From: Gammaproteobacteria bacterium
GTDB taxonomy: Bacteria; Pseudomonadota; Gammaproteobacteria; S012-40
Assembly (NCBI GenBank): GCA_029884425.1
Contig: JAOUHV010000007.1
Coordinates: 11,358-75,357, forward strand
Reading direction: 5' to 3'
Length of the DNA: 64,000 nucleotides
This document shows, one piece after another, positions 20,612 through 29,924 of this stretch. The position numbers and the translations under genes are program-made. The notes under the pieces were generated by a model. That model was not told the DNA's origin. It was given only the letters and a program-made list of their open reading frames with translations, and did not search any database. Each line of letters starts with the position of its first letter. Position 1 is the first letter of the stretch.

Positions 20612-20641
20612 TAAAAAAGCCCGGCATTTGCCGGGCTTTTT
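20612..20641. terminator. Bidirectional rho-independent terminator between convergent fimV and fabB
   Basis: aaaaaa-gcccggc-attt-gccgggc-tttttt. Confidence 0.8.
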
Positions 20642-20664
20642 TGTTGGTCTGTCACACGAGGCGT

Positions 20665-21882
20665 TTATGCCTCGAAGCGACGGAAGACCAGGCTGGCATT
20701 GGTACCGCCAAAGCCAAAGCTGTTGGACAACACGGTGTTCAGTCGTGCGTTGGTGATGGTTTCGCGAACCACGGGCACACCAGCAGCTTCGGGATCCAGC
20801 TCGGTGATGTTGGCGGACGCAGCGATAAAATCACCTGCCATCATCAGCAAGCAGTAGATGGCTTCGTGCACACCCGCTGCGCCCAGCGAATGACCGCTCA
20901 GTGACTTGGTGGAGGAAATCTTCGGAACCTTGTTGCCGAAAACTTCGCGCACGGCCTGAAGTTCTTTCATGTCGCCAGCAGGTGTGGACGTGCCATGGGC
21001 ATTGATGTAATCCACCGGGGTGTCGACCGTAGCCAGCGCCTGCTGCATGCAGCGCACCGCGCCCTCGCCGGAGGGTTGAACCATGTCGTAACCATCGGAC
21101 GTTGCGCCGTAGCCTACCAGTTCAGCGTAGATTTTCGCGCCACGGGCTTTGGCGTGTTCCAGTTCCTCAAGAACCAACATGCCACCGCCACCGGCGATCA
21201 CAAAACCATCGCGATTGGCGTCGTATGCGCGTGATGCGGTTGCGGGAGCCTCGTTGTACTTGGAAGATAGCGCACCCATGCCGTCAAACATGGCCGACAT
21301 GCTCCAGTCCAGTTCTTCGCCGCCACCGGCAAAAATCACGTCCTGTTTGCCCATCTGGATCAGTTCCATTGCGTTGCCAATGCAGTGAGCACTGGTTGAA
21401 CACGCGGAGCTGATGGAGTAGTTAACGCCCTTGATTTTGAATGGCGTGGCCAGACAAGCCGAGGTTGTCGAACCCATCGTCCGGGTCACCATGTACGGAC
21501 CTACGCGACGAATGCCTTTTTCACGCAGGGTATCGGCACACACCACGGTGTTGGAGGTGGAACCACCGCCAGAGCCGACAATCAAACCTGTACGGACGTT
21601 GGACACTTGATCCTCGCCCAGACCTGAGTCCTTGACCGCCTGATCCATCGCAATATATGCGTAGGCCGCTGCGTCCCCCATGAAGCGCAATAGTTTGCGA
21701 TCAACGAGTTCTTCAACGTTTATTTTGACCGGTGCATGCACATGGCTGCGAAAACCCATTTCTGCATAGGTTTCCGAAAACTCGATGCCGGATTTACCAT
21801 TTTTGAGGGAATCGGCGACTTCACTGGCATTATTGCCAATGCTGGAAACAATTCCGATTCCGGTGACTACTACACGTCTCAA
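20665..21882 (-). CDS. fabB: 3-oxoacyl-ACP synthase I FabB
   Basis: 405 aa [23 protein letters not shown]-terminus. Active-site Cys in [12 protein letters not shown] and His-His in the C-terminus. Immediately downstream of fabA. Confidence 0.9.
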   Translation of the reverse strand: MRRVVVTGIGIVSSIGNNASEVADSLKNGKSGIEFSETYAEMGFRSHVHAPVKINVEELVDRKLLRFMGDAAAYAYIAMDQAVKDSGLGEDQVSNVRTGLIVGSGGGSTSNTVVCADTLREKGIRRVGPYMVTRTMGSTTSACLATPFKIKGVNYSISSACSTSAHCIGNAMELIQMGKQDVIFAGGGEELDWSMSAMFDGMGALSSKYNEAPATASRAYDANRDGFVIAGGGGMLVLEELEHAKARGAKIYAELVGYGATSDGYDMVQPSGEGAVRCMQQALATVDTPVDYINAHGTSTPAGDMKELQAVREVFGNKVPKISSTKSLSGHSLGAAGVHEAIYCLLMMAGDFIAASANITELDPEAAGVPVVRETITNARLNTVLSNSFGFGGTNASLVFRRFEA

Positions 21883-21893
21883 CTTGATCCCCT

Positions 21894-22415
21894 TTAGAAG
21901 TCATCAGTGGAGGTAAACAGCCCTACGCGCAAGCCGTTGGCGGTATAAATTTCTTTACCATCTGCTTCCAGGCTGGCGTCGGCAATACCCATCACAAGTT
22001 TACGCATGATAACGCGTTTGAGATTGATTCGGTAGGTAACCGTTTTAACTTTGGGGGTAACCTGACCTGTAAATTTTACTTCGTCTGAACCTAGGGCGCG
22101 ACCACGGCCTGGGCCGCCGATCCAACCCAGATAGAAGCCGACCAGCTGCCACATGGCATCCAGTCCCAAACAGCCGGGCATAACTGGGTCGTTTTCAAAG
22201 TGGCAGGCAAAAAACCACAGATCGGGAGTTATGTCCAATTCGGCAACGATTTCGCCTTTGCCGTATTTGCCACCGTCCTCGTTGATGACGGTAATGCGAT
22301 CAAACATAAGCATCGGCGGTAGTGGCAGTTGTGCGTTACCAGGGCCAAACAGCTCCCCATGCCCACATTGTAAAAGCTCTTCCCGGGTGTAGCTGCTTTT
22401 CTTTTCCATTGTCAT
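21894..22415 (-). CDS. fabA: 3-hydroxydecanoyl-ACP dehydratase/isomerase FabA
   Basis: [39 protein letters not shown] aligns with E. coli FabA [40 protein letters not shown]. The start is uncertain between the ATGs at 22415 and 22409. Confidence 0.9.
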   Translation of the reverse strand: MTMEKKSSYTREELLQCGHGELFGPGNAQLPLPPMLMFDRITVINEDGGKYGKGEIVAELDITPDLWFFACHFENDPVMPGCLGLDAMWQLVGFYLGWIGGPGRGRALGSDEVKFTGQVTPKVKTVTYRINLKRVIMRKLVMGIADASLEADGKEIYTANGLRVGLFTSTDDF

Positions 22416-22539
22416 CACTTCAAATATCGATAGGGTCTGCCGCGCAAAAATATGCGGCGGTGGCAAAAGCGGATAAGCTACCACAAAACGGCAATTTTTT
22501 TAAATAGAAGGCGCAATTTGTCGCGGTAAAGGTCAGAAA

Positions 22540-23376
22540 ATGAGCAAAAAAAGCCTTTCGGCTTTCCGTTGGCGAGATTGTTTGGCCAAACTGGACGTTC
22601 GCAACCCCGATCGCGCCGCGCGATTGATGATGGCGAGGTGGTTCAAGGTGGCCTCGTTGAGTATCAAATCGCACGAACTGCCGTGGCTGACGGAGGCTGA
22701 TCGGTGCGTGTGGGATACGCCTTGTGGTCAGCTTCCGGGATATTGCTGGCCGGGGATAGGTCAGCCCGTGTTGCTGCTACACGGTTGGGGTGGGCGCGCC
22801 AGTCAGATGGCATTTATTGGTCAGCAATTGTCTGCTGCGGACATTCCAAGTCTGGCGTTTGACGCGCCGGCTCATGGCGATGCCGGTGGCCGTCACAGCA
22901 CGGTGTTACAGATGGCGCAGGCGTTTGCGAATGTTGCGGCCAGCGTCGGCGGCATTCGGGCGGTGGTGACGCACTCGTACAGCGTGGGCGCGGTGTTGCT
23001 GGCGCACAAAGAGTTTGGGGTTCGGTTCGACAAAATGGTGGCGATCAGCCCTTCGGCCTATCCACTTGCGCGATTTGACGAGTTTGTGCGACCACTGGCG
23101 CTCAGTGAAGCAACCTTGCAGGCGTTTGAAAAATTACTGGCACGACGCATGGGGGCGCACTGGTGGCAGCGGATTGCGCCACTGAATAACGTGGCCCAGT
23201 GTCAGGCGCAAGGGCTGATTATTCACGACAGACAGGACGGTATTGTGCCCCTGGCCGAAGCCAGTGCCTTGCAGCAGCATTGGCCTGGTTCGCAGTTGGT
23301 GCAAACCGATGGCTTGGGGCATATTCGGATTTTGTCTGCGCCAGTGGTGGCGCAGACCATACGGGAATTTTTATGA
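22540..23376 (+). CDS. Alpha/beta-fold hydrolase
   Basis: HGWGG oxyanion motif, THSYSVG nucleophile elbow and a C-terminal DGLGH His. 278 aa. Confidence 0.7.
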   Translation: MSKKSLSAFRWRDCLAKLDVRNPDRAARLMMARWFKVASLSIKSHELPWLTEADRCVWDTPCGQLPGYCWPGIGQPVLLLHGWGGRASQMAFIGQQLSAADIPSLAFDAPAHGDAGGRHSTVLQMAQAFANVAASVGGIRAVVTHSYSVGAVLLAHKEFGVRFDKMVAISPSAYPLARFDEFVRPLALSEATLQAFEKLLARRMGAHWWQRIAPLNNVAQCQAQGLIIHDRQDGIVPLAEASALQQHWPGSQLVQTDGLGHIRILSAPVVAQTIREFL

Positions 23377-24222
23377 AAAATTGGCTTCGGCGGTTTCAAC
23401 CGTGTTGTACATCAACATGGCGACGGTCATCGGGCCGACGCCGCCAGGGACGGGGGTAATCCAGCCGGCGCGCTTTTCGGCAGTCGCAAAATCCACGTCA
23501 CCTTCCAGCTTGCCAGATTCCAGGCGATGAATGCCGATGTCGATCACGACCGCGCCTTCCTTGATCCATTCACCTTTGATCAGGCGGTGTTTGCCGGCGG
23601 CGGCGACCAGAATATCGGCCTGTGCCACGTGCCCAGCCAGGTCGGTGGTGAAGCGGTGACAGGTCGTGACTGTGGCGCCTGCCAGCAACAATTCCAGCGA
23701 CACAGGGCGGCCGACGTGGTTGGAGGCACCCACCACCACGGCATGTTTGCCCTTGGCAGTGATGCCGGCAAATTCGAGCAGCTTCATCACGCCAAACGGT
23801 GTGCACGAGCGCAGGGTTGGCGAACGGGTGGCCAGTCGGCCAATGTTATAGGGATGGAAACCATCGACATCCTTTTCGGGGCGGATGGTCTCGATTACTT
23901 TCTCAAAATTGATGTGCGCGGGCAGCGGTGCCTGAACCAGAATGCCGTGGACGGAGTTGTCCAGATTCAGTTCATCAATTAGCTTGAGCAATTCCGCTTC
24001 GCTGGTGCTGGCGGGCAAGCGATACGAGGTGGAAATGATGCCGACGTCTTTGCAGGCATTTTCCTTATTGTGGACATAAACCTTGGAGGCAGGATCTTCA
24101 CCGATCAGAATGACGGCCAGGCCAGGGGCTGATTTGCCGGCCGCAATGCGAGCGCGTACCCGCTCTGCCAATTGTTCCCGGATTTTTTGAGAAATTGCTT
24201 TGCCATCAATAAGTTTTGCCAT
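23371..24222 (-). CDS. folD: Bifunctional methylene-THF dehydrogenase / methenyl-THF cyclohydrolase FolD
   Basis: [15 protein letters not shown]...[18 protein letters not shown]...[12 protein letters not shown] are canonical FolD blocks. The start is trimmed to the ATG at 24222; the upstream in-frame extension looks spurious. Confidence 0.92.
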   Translation of the reverse strand: MAKLIDGKAISQKIREQLAERVRARIAAGKSAPGLAVILIGEDPASKVYVHNKENACKDVGIISTSYRLPASTSEAELLKLIDELNLDNSVHGILVQAPLPAHINFEKVIETIRPEKDVDGFHPYNIGRLATRSPTLRSCTPFGVMKLLEFAGITAKGKHAVVVGASNHVGRPVSLELLLAGATVTTCHRFTTDLAGHVAQADILVAAAGKHRLIKGEWIKEGAVVIDIGIHRLESGKLEGDVDFATAEKRAGWITPVPGGVGPMTVAMLMYNTVETAEANFS

Positions 24223-24377
24223 GGTGTATCCTGGATAAAAAGTGCGATTGTAACGGTGGATGGGCGAAAAGGCCCATAGTTTCGCATGGCAATGACCTAA
24301 GGCCAAGACTCTAAACAAAAAATTGACGCTGTTTTGATCGAACGCGCTGATTTTGTGAAAAAAGGCGAATATTTTCA

Positions 24378-24406
24378 TTGACCTCAACCCGAATGCGACC
24401 TATCAT
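24378..24406 (+). promoter_or_regulatory. Near-consensus sigma-70 promoter for the tRNA cluster
   Basis: TTGACC - 17 nt - TATCAT, with an A/T-rich UP-like tract upstream. It lies about 40 nt before the first tRNA. Confidence 0.55.
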
Positions 24407-24446
24407 TTGCCCCGCTTTACAGCACAGGCCGGTAGGCCGAAAACGT

Positions 24447-24523
24447 CGGGGTATAGCGCAGTCTGGTAGCGCGTCTGCTTTGGGAGCAGAATGTCGGGAG
24501 TTCGAATCTCTCTACCCCGACCA
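24447..24523 (+). tRNA. tRNA-Pro (anticodon GGG)
   Basis: Cloverleaf with GGGGTAT acceptor, anticodon loop tTTGGGAg, TTCGAATC T-loop and a 3' CCA encoded. Confidence 0.85.
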
Positions 24524-24554
24524 CTTTTTTTTACACCTCGCAGGTTTAAACATT

Positions 24555-24631
24555 GCGCCCGTAGCTCACTCGGATAGAGCATCGGCCTTCTAAGCCGAGG
24601 GTAGCAGGTTCGAATCCTGCCGGGCGCGCCA
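24555..24631 (+). tRNA. tRNA-Arg (anticodon TCT)
   Basis: GCGCCCGTAGCTCA...anticodon loop cTTCTAa...GGTTCGAATCC...CCA. Confidence 0.85.
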
Positions 24632-24640
24632 TAAGTTTAT

Positions 24641-24717
24641 GGTGGCTATAGCTCAGTCGGTAGAGCCCCGGATTGTGATTCCGGTTGTCGTGGGTTCGAG
24701 CCCCATTAGCCACCCCA
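24641..24717 (+). tRNA. tRNA-His (anticodon GTG)
   Basis: Extra 5' G (GGTGGCTATAGCTCAGT), anticodon loop GATTGTGATTCC, GGTTCGAGCC T-arm and CCA. Confidence 0.85.
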
Positions 24718-24724
24718 TTTTCTG

Positions 24725-24753
24725 AAAAGCCGACCTCTAGGTCGGCTTTTTTT
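24725..24753 (+). terminator. Rho-independent terminator after the tRNA cluster
   Basis: aaaagccgacc-tcta-ggtcggct-ttttttt. Confidence 0.8.
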
Positions 24754-24795
24754 ATGTCCGCAAAATTTCCGTAATCTGATCGAAGTGTCCAATCC

Positions 24796-25209
24796 GTGCT
24801 GAAAATCTCCAACAAAGTGATGATCTTTGACCACGAACTGGAGTGGAGCTTCATTCGCGCCCAGGGGGCGGGTGGTCAGCACGTCAATAAAACCTCCAGC
24901 GCGGTGCAATTACACTTCAATATCGTTCACTCCTCTTTGCCAGAATTGTATAAGCAGCGATTGCTGGCGTTCAGTGATCAGCGCATCACCAAGGATGGCG
25001 TTATCGTCATCAAGGCGCAGGAGCATCGCAGTCAGTTGCAGAATAAAGAGGATGCGCTGCTGCGGCTCAAAGAGTTAATCGAGCAGGCAACGGTGGTGCA
25101 GAAAACCCGTAGGGCAACCAAGCCCACCCGCAGTTCGCAGAAACGGCGAATGGACAGCAAGAGCAAGCGGGGAGAAGTGAAAAAAATGCGCGGGAGGGTG
25201 GACGACTGA
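24796..25209 (+). CDS. arfB: Alternative ribosome-rescue factor ArfB (peptidyl-tRNA hydrolase, YaeJ)
   Basis: GGQ motif ([17 protein letters not shown]) in a 137-aa protein with a basic C-terminal tail ([20 protein letters not shown]). This is the ArfB architecture. Confidence 0.9.
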   Translation: MLKISNKVMIFDHELEWSFIRAQGAGGQHVNKTSSAVQLHFNIVHSSLPELYKQRLLAFSDQRITKDGVIVIKAQEHRSQLQNKEDALLRLKELIEQATVVQKTRRATKPTRSSQKRRMDSKSKRGEVKKMRGRVDD

Positions 25210-25474
25210 TTTTTCTCTGCTTCAACAAGCCATCTGTCGCGTTGCCGAATCAAGGCGAGCACAAAAACTAGCCAAGCTCACGGGGTTGGCTTGCATCCGG
25301 GATTAAACACCTGTTCAATATACGCCTTTTATTGGCATGGTTATTTCAAAGGGTTTGAGGTGTTGTCGCAGCGGTCACTGCTCAAGTGGCGTTGCAGGCG
25401 GTGTCGGTTGACGCAGATCAGAACGATGGAAGTTTGATCGGCACAGCCTGGACGCTTACTCAAATCTCAACGGA

Positions 25475-25993
25475 TTGGGCAAAAATATGTTTGAAATCAG
25501 AGACTATCATCGGGATGACGCCTTGCAGCTGGATGCCTTGGCGGTCAGGGCGATTGAGCAACACCAAGCGATTTACCACGAGTTACCTGAAGGTGCAGAC
25601 AAGATGAAGCACTACTCCTCGCTGTCTGACAGCATGCAGATTGTCGTTGCGACCAAACAGCAGCGGATCGTCGGGACGGTGGGGTATGTGCCCGCTAACA
25701 TGGAGCGAACCGGAATTTTTTCGACCAGAACCCCGATTGTGCGAATGCTGGTGGTGGACCCAGAGCAGCTTGGCAGTGGCGTCGACAAGGCGCTGGCCAA
25801 AGAATGCATGTGTCGTGCGCTGCGAGAAGGATGCGACAGTATTGCTCTTCATATCAGTTCCATGATGAGTGTGAGCACGCGCATTGCCCGGCGCACCGGA
25901 ATGGAGTTTGACGAGGCAGCCAATGACGATGAAACCGAAGGGGTGGAGTACGCGATCTATCAGCTGCCTTTGACGGCAGTTGGCGATCAATGA
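25475..25993 (+). CDS. GNAT-family N-acetyltransferase
   Basis: The acetyl-CoA motif A-like VVDPEQLGSGVDKALAKECM follows a beta-strand core. 172 aa. Confidence 0.6.
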   Translation: MGKNMFEIRDYHRDDALQLDALAVRAIEQHQAIYHELPEGADKMKHYSSLSDSMQIVVATKQQRIVGTVGYVPANMERTGIFSTRTPIVRMLVVDPEQLGSGVDKALAKECMCRALREGCDSIALHISSMMSVSTRIARRTGMEFDEAANDDETEGVEYAIYQLPLTAVGDQ

Positions 25994-26114
25994 CGCTGCG
26001 GAATGAAGCGGTTGGACATCTGCCAAGGCAGGAGTAGAATGGTCGGCGGTGTTCCCATGGATGCGCGGTTTTTGCGATGGGAAGTAGTCAAATCAAACAG
26101 TTACGGGTGTTTTT

Positions 26115-26393
26115 ATGCTTGGGTTGTTCCGCAAGATTGCTCTGCTCGAAGGGATTTCTTTTTTGTTGCTGCTGTTCGTGGCAATGCCGATGAAGCATAT
26201 CTATGGCATACCTGAGGCGGTCAAGCTGGCCGGCTGGGTCCATGGTTTACTGTTTATTGCATTTGCGTTTCTGCTGGTGAAGGTGAGCAACGAGCGGCAG
26301 TGGTCTGACAAGTTTTCGTTCCTGGTGTTTGTGTCCGGAATCGTGCCCTTCGCTACGTTCTTCATGGATCGCAAGCTCAAGGCCATGCCCTGA
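26115..26393 (+). CDS. DUF3817-family small membrane protein
   Basis: 92 aa with 3 TM helices. LEGISFLLLLFVAMPMKHIYG...HGLLFIAFAFLL pattern. Confidence 0.65.
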   Translation: MLGLFRKIALLEGISFLLLLFVAMPMKHIYGIPEAVKLAGWVHGLLFIAFAFLLVKVSNERQWSDKFSFLVFVSGIVPFATFFMDRKLKAMP

Positions 26394-26527
26394 TGCAGAA
26401 TTCGGGGCTGGGCAGCATTTTGATGCTGGTCGAGGTGATTGGGTTTGTTTTTATCGCGGGATTGTTTATTGCGATGTTTCTGCTCAAGCGCAAAGTAAAA
26501 AAACGCTCGAAACAAACTGACGCCTGA
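26393..26527 (+). CDS. Unannotated 44-aa single-TM peptide (MQNSGLGSILMLVEVIGFVFIAGLFIAMFLLKRKVKKRSKQTDA)
   Basis: Its ATG overlaps the stop of the DUF3817 gene (TGATG) and its stop overlaps the start of the MBL gene (TGATG). One TM helix followed by a Lys/Arg-rich tail. It is below the 60-aa ORF-track cutoff. Confidence 0.45.
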   Translation: MQNSGLGSILMLVEVIGFVFIAGLFIAMFLLKRKVKKRSKQTDA

Positions 26528-27156
26528 TGCAATACCAAATTATTCCTGTTACCCCTTATCAGCAAAACTGTTCGTTGATTTCGTGTCCACAAACGGCTGT
26601 GTCGGCGTTTGTCGACCCCGGTGGGGATATTGATCGCTTGGTAGATGCGCTGCAAAAGTCTGCGACGAACTTACAAAAAATTTTGCTGACACATGGTCAT
26701 CTGGATCATGTGGGCGCTGCGCGATTGCTGGCGGATCGATTTGGTGTGCCGATTATAGGTCCTCATTCGGCGGATGCCTATTGGCTGCAAGCACTGGGGC
26801 AACAGGCGCAGATGTTTGGTTTTGAGGATCTCGCGCCGTTTCTGCCGGACCAATGGTTAAATGATGGCGACACGGTGCAAGTGGGTGAGCAGGTGTTGTC
26901 GGTACTGCACACGCCGGGTCATACGCCGGGGCATGTGGTTTTTTATCATCGAGAAAATCAACTCGCGTTTGTCGGTGACGTGCTGTTTCAAAGCTCCATC
27001 GGTCGTACCGATTTTCCCGGTGGCGACTACGATACGCTGATTCACAGTATCAAGCACAAATTGTTGCCACTGGGTGATGACGTGTCATTCGTGCCGGGCC
27101 ATGGTCCAATGTCTACGTTCGGTAAAGAACGCCTGCACAATCCATTTCTAAAATAG
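26527..27156 (+). CDS. MBL-fold metallo-hydrolase (glyoxalase II / YcbL-like)
   Basis: THGHLDHVG metal-binding motif, downstream HTPGHTPGH, GD..F and PGHG motifs. 209 aa. Confidence 0.85.
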   Translation: MQYQIIPVTPYQQNCSLISCPQTAVSAFVDPGGDIDRLVDALQKSATNLQKILLTHGHLDHVGAARLLADRFGVPIIGPHSADAYWLQALGQQAQMFGFEDLAPFLPDQWLNDGDTVQVGEQVLSVLHTPGHTPGHVVFYHRENQLAFVGDVLFQSSIGRTDFPGGDYDTLIHSIKHKLLPLGDDVSFVPGHGPMSTFGKERLHNPFLK

Positions 27157-27193
27157 TCATATCATCGTCTGCTCGGCGCTTTTCGCGGCAGCG

Positions 27194-28777
27194 CTACACA
27201 ACAACAGCATTTTCGACATCGATTTCCTGGCTGGCTTCGATCATCGGCAACAGCAACTGGAAGCTGGTTCCGCCCTCTGGTGGCGTGTGCAACAGAATGT
27301 GTCCACCAAAATTATGAATAATGCCATGAACCATGGACAGGCCCATGCCCGAACCTTTGCCTACCGGTTTGGTGGTGTAAAAGGGTTCAAAAATCCGATC
27401 TTTTTGTGCTGCATCAATGCCGGGACCATTGTCACTAATCTGGATGCTAACGTAATTTCTTCGGCCGATATGTTCGTGGCAGGAAGCGCAATACTGGTTT
27501 TCGATGACGGTATGCTTCAATTCGATGGAAATGTTTCCCTTGTTGTGCAAAGCATCGCGGGCGTTGATGGCTAAATTTAATATTGCTTGGCCAAGGGCAA
27601 CCGAGTGAGCCTGAACCGTATGCGGGCCTTCTGTGACAGTTGTATTCAGTATGATACTGGCAGGAAGCGTGGGTTTTAACAGTGAGATAGCATCATCCAA
27701 TACTGCACCAGCGTCGGTTTTTTCTGACCGTATTTCCTGGCCACGACTAAAAGCGAGCATTTGTTTGACCAATTTTTGTGCTTTGGTTGCCGCACTGTAG
27801 ACTTCAGTGAGGTAATCCTCAATTTTATTGATGCCCCCTCTTCGCAAACAATCCTGGCTAAGCTGGGTGTATCCCAGGACCGAAGTGAGGATGTTGTTGA
27901 AGTCGTGTGCGATGCCACCGGTGAGCTGACCGATGGATTCCATTTTTTGTGCTTGCTGCAACTGCCGGATGAGCATCTGATGCTGCAGTTCGGATTCTTT
28001 TCGTTCGGTAATATCAAGGGCGATAGAACCAACCGCAGAGACACTATCCTCTTCAAGGATTGGGAACTTAATGGAGTGATAAGTCCGGGTAATGCTGTTG
28101 TTTAGCTCTACGGTTTCCTCTATTTCGACCGGCTGTAGAAAATTGATGGCACATTTCTCAGTGCGGGTTAAACCGGAGCCATCAGGTTCTTCAGTGGCAG
28201 TATTGGGTCTTAGTTTCATAGCCGCGTCATATTGCTTGTTGGTTAATATGAGGTTGCCATCGGTATCCTTGAGTGAAATGAGCAGAGGGGCATTGTCCAA
28301 AATGGATTTAAGTCGAGTCTCGCTTTGCTGCAGCGATTTTTCAGTAGTGAGACGTTTGTCGATTTCATTTTGTAACGCAACTTCCCGATTGGTTCTGGAG
28401 CTAACATCAATAATTTGAACTAGACACATGGGCTCTCCTTCCTGGTGAAGTGGCAGGATGGAAATGTCTTGTTGGATGGGGTCTTGCGGTGCGCTTTTGT
28501 GTCGATAGAGCATCAATGGAGAGCCGTGAAAGACCGTGGATAAAAAAATCGGCGTTGAGGATTTCAGGGATTCTTGTATGGCAGAGTAGAGCCTGCTGTC
28601 ATTGGCTTCTGGAAATAACTCTAATAAATGTTTTCCCAATGCATCATCGAGTGAATACGGATAATGTTTTTTGAACCACTGGTTGGCGTACCGAATGGAG
28701 CAGTTATGATCAACGATGAGTAATCCCACGTTGATGGAATGAAAAACTTTATCGAAAATTGCAGAAGAGGAGGTCAT
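27194..28777 (-). CDS. Soluble multi-PAS sensor histidine kinase (no receiver domain)
   Basis: Three PAS-like segments. H-box ESIGQLTGGIAHDFNNILTSVLGY. HATPase_c N/G1/G2 boxes (NLAINARDA, DNGPGID, GSGMGL). No TM helices. Its start overlaps the upstream gene by 4 bp. Confidence 0.88.
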   Translation of the reverse strand: MTSSSAIFDKVFHSINVGLLIVDHNCSIRYANQWFKKHYPYSLDDALGKHLLELFPEANDSRLYSAIQESLKSSTPIFLSTVFHGSPLMLYRHKSAPQDPIQQDISILPLHQEGEPMCLVQIIDVSSRTNREVALQNEIDKRLTTEKSLQQSETRLKSILDNAPLLISLKDTDGNLILTNKQYDAAMKLRPNTATEEPDGSGLTRTEKCAINFLQPVEIEETVELNNSITRTYHSIKFPILEEDSVSAVGSIALDITERKESELQHQMLIRQLQQAQKMESIGQLTGGIAHDFNNILTSVLGYTQLSQDCLRRGGINKIEDYLTEVYSAATKAQKLVKQMLAFSRGQEIRSEKTDAGAVLDDAISLLKPTLPASIILNTTVTEGPHTVQAHSVALGQAILNLAINARDALHNKGNISIELKHTVIENQYCASCHEHIGRRNYVSIQISDNGPGIDAAQKDRIFEPFYTTKPVGKGSGMGLSMVHGIIHNFGGHILLHTPPEGGTSFQLLLPMIEASQEIDVENAVVV

Positions 28778-29394
28778 ACATTTGACACCAAAGAGGGGGC
28801 CATTTTTAATACTGTGTTGCCAAGTGCCTGCTTGAGGTCGCCAATGGAGAAAGGTCCAAAAGCAAATAGCAGGTAACCTGTAATATTACTGTGTTGCAGC
28901 GATAATTCGATGCCGACATTTAATAAAACTCCGTTTTTCACAGAGTCGTCTAGGAATTTCTCTGGTCCGTCATAGGTTAGTACGGGCATATCGATGTCAA
29001 AACTGGTTTTTAGATAATTGGAAATAGTACCAATGCAAGCGTTGATGATGACATTGCCAATTTCGGTGATAGCATCTTCGTGTAACGCAACCAGCATTTC
29101 ACGGGCAAAGTCTTGATTCAGCATCAGACGTACTAGTTCGTAGCTCTGCTCTTTAGGAAAAAAGAGCATGGAATTGGTATTGAAGAACCCTCTTACTTCC
29201 TGGCTAACACAGCACATCATGGATGTGTTATGCAGGTTTTGTATGAAACTCTGATGAGGTTCTAGGGTGATGCGGGGGATGCTGCTTTGCACGGGTTGTT
29301 TGGCGAGTATGGACAAGGACTTGGCGGCTCGCCCCATACCCAGGTTGAATAGCTCGGCAAGAAGATCCTGTTCTATCTCATTCAATTGCTGCAT
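28774..29394 (-). CDS. CheC/CheX/FliY-family (CheY-P phosphatase-like) protein
   Basis: Two CheC-type E-x2-N repeats: AELFNLGMGRAAKSLS near the N-terminus and AITEIGNVIINACIGTIS in the second half. 206 aa. It overlaps both neighbours. Confidence 0.65.
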   Translation of the reverse strand: MQQLNEIEQDLLAELFNLGMGRAAKSLSILAKQPVQSSIPRITLEPHQSFIQNLHNTSMMCCVSQEVRGFFNTNSMLFFPKEQSYELVRLMLNQDFAREMLVALHEDAITEIGNVIINACIGTISNYLKTSFDIDMPVLTYDGPEKFLDDSVKNGVLLNVGIELSLQHSNITGYLLFAFGPFSIGDLKQALGNTVLKMAPSLVSNV

Positions 29395-29761
29395 GGTTCA
29401 GCTCAAGTTTTTCTATGGCATTAATGACATTTCCAGCAGTAATTGGTTTGTGAATCCAGCTTACCCCCATGCTCTCCAGGGCTTCAGTTAGATTTTCTTG
29501 CAAATTGGCAGTAATAAAAATGAAGTCAGTGTCGGGATATTGGGCTTTGGCTGTTTGCAAGAAGGTAATGCCATTCATTTCCGGCATGTGAAAATCAACG
29601 GTAACACAATCGACAGGTTGTTCTTTCAGTATCGCTAGTGCCTCAAGCCCGGTTTCTGCGTGCAAGACTCTCCAATCTGGCCAGCGCGCTAAAATGATGG
29701 CTTCGAGCATGGTGCGGAGGACAAGGCTGTCATCGGTGATCAAGATCGTTTTTTGCATCAT
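29378..29761 (-). CDS. Single-domain CheY-like response regulator receiver
   Basis: 127 aa. ILITDDS acidic pocket, phospho-acceptor VTVDFHMPEMNG and a conserved K in WIHKP. No output domain. Confidence 0.88.
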   Translation of the reverse strand: MMQKTILITDDSLVLRTMLEAIILARWPDWRVLHAETGLEALAILKEQPVDCVTVDFHMPEMNGITFLQTAKAQYPDTDFIFITANLQENLTEALESMGVSWIHKPITAGNVINAIEKLELNHAAIE

Positions 29762-29924
29762 GGGGTCCCTGTATTGTTGATCTGAACAATTGTGCCAATA
29801 TGCTAATCCTAAGCATCAAACTGCGGATGTGTCAGACGTGCTCCCAGCGCCAATAAATAGTCGCATAAGAAAAAAAACTTGTCATTACTTCTATTACATT
29901 TGATTTTGTGTGGTATGGCTTATC

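Noticed and set aside
23371-24387. Long form of FolD (338 aa) starting at 24387
   Set aside because: The first 55 residues have no FolD homology. The conserved MAKLIDGK N-terminus starts at 24222 with an SD-like AGGATA. The long form is rejected as upstream read-through of the frame.
24447-24800. tRNA cluster as a possible genomic-island integration site
   Set aside because: There is no integrase, no direct repeat of a tRNA 3' end downstream, and no compositional shift. The tRNAs are followed directly by core genes (arfB, GNAT).
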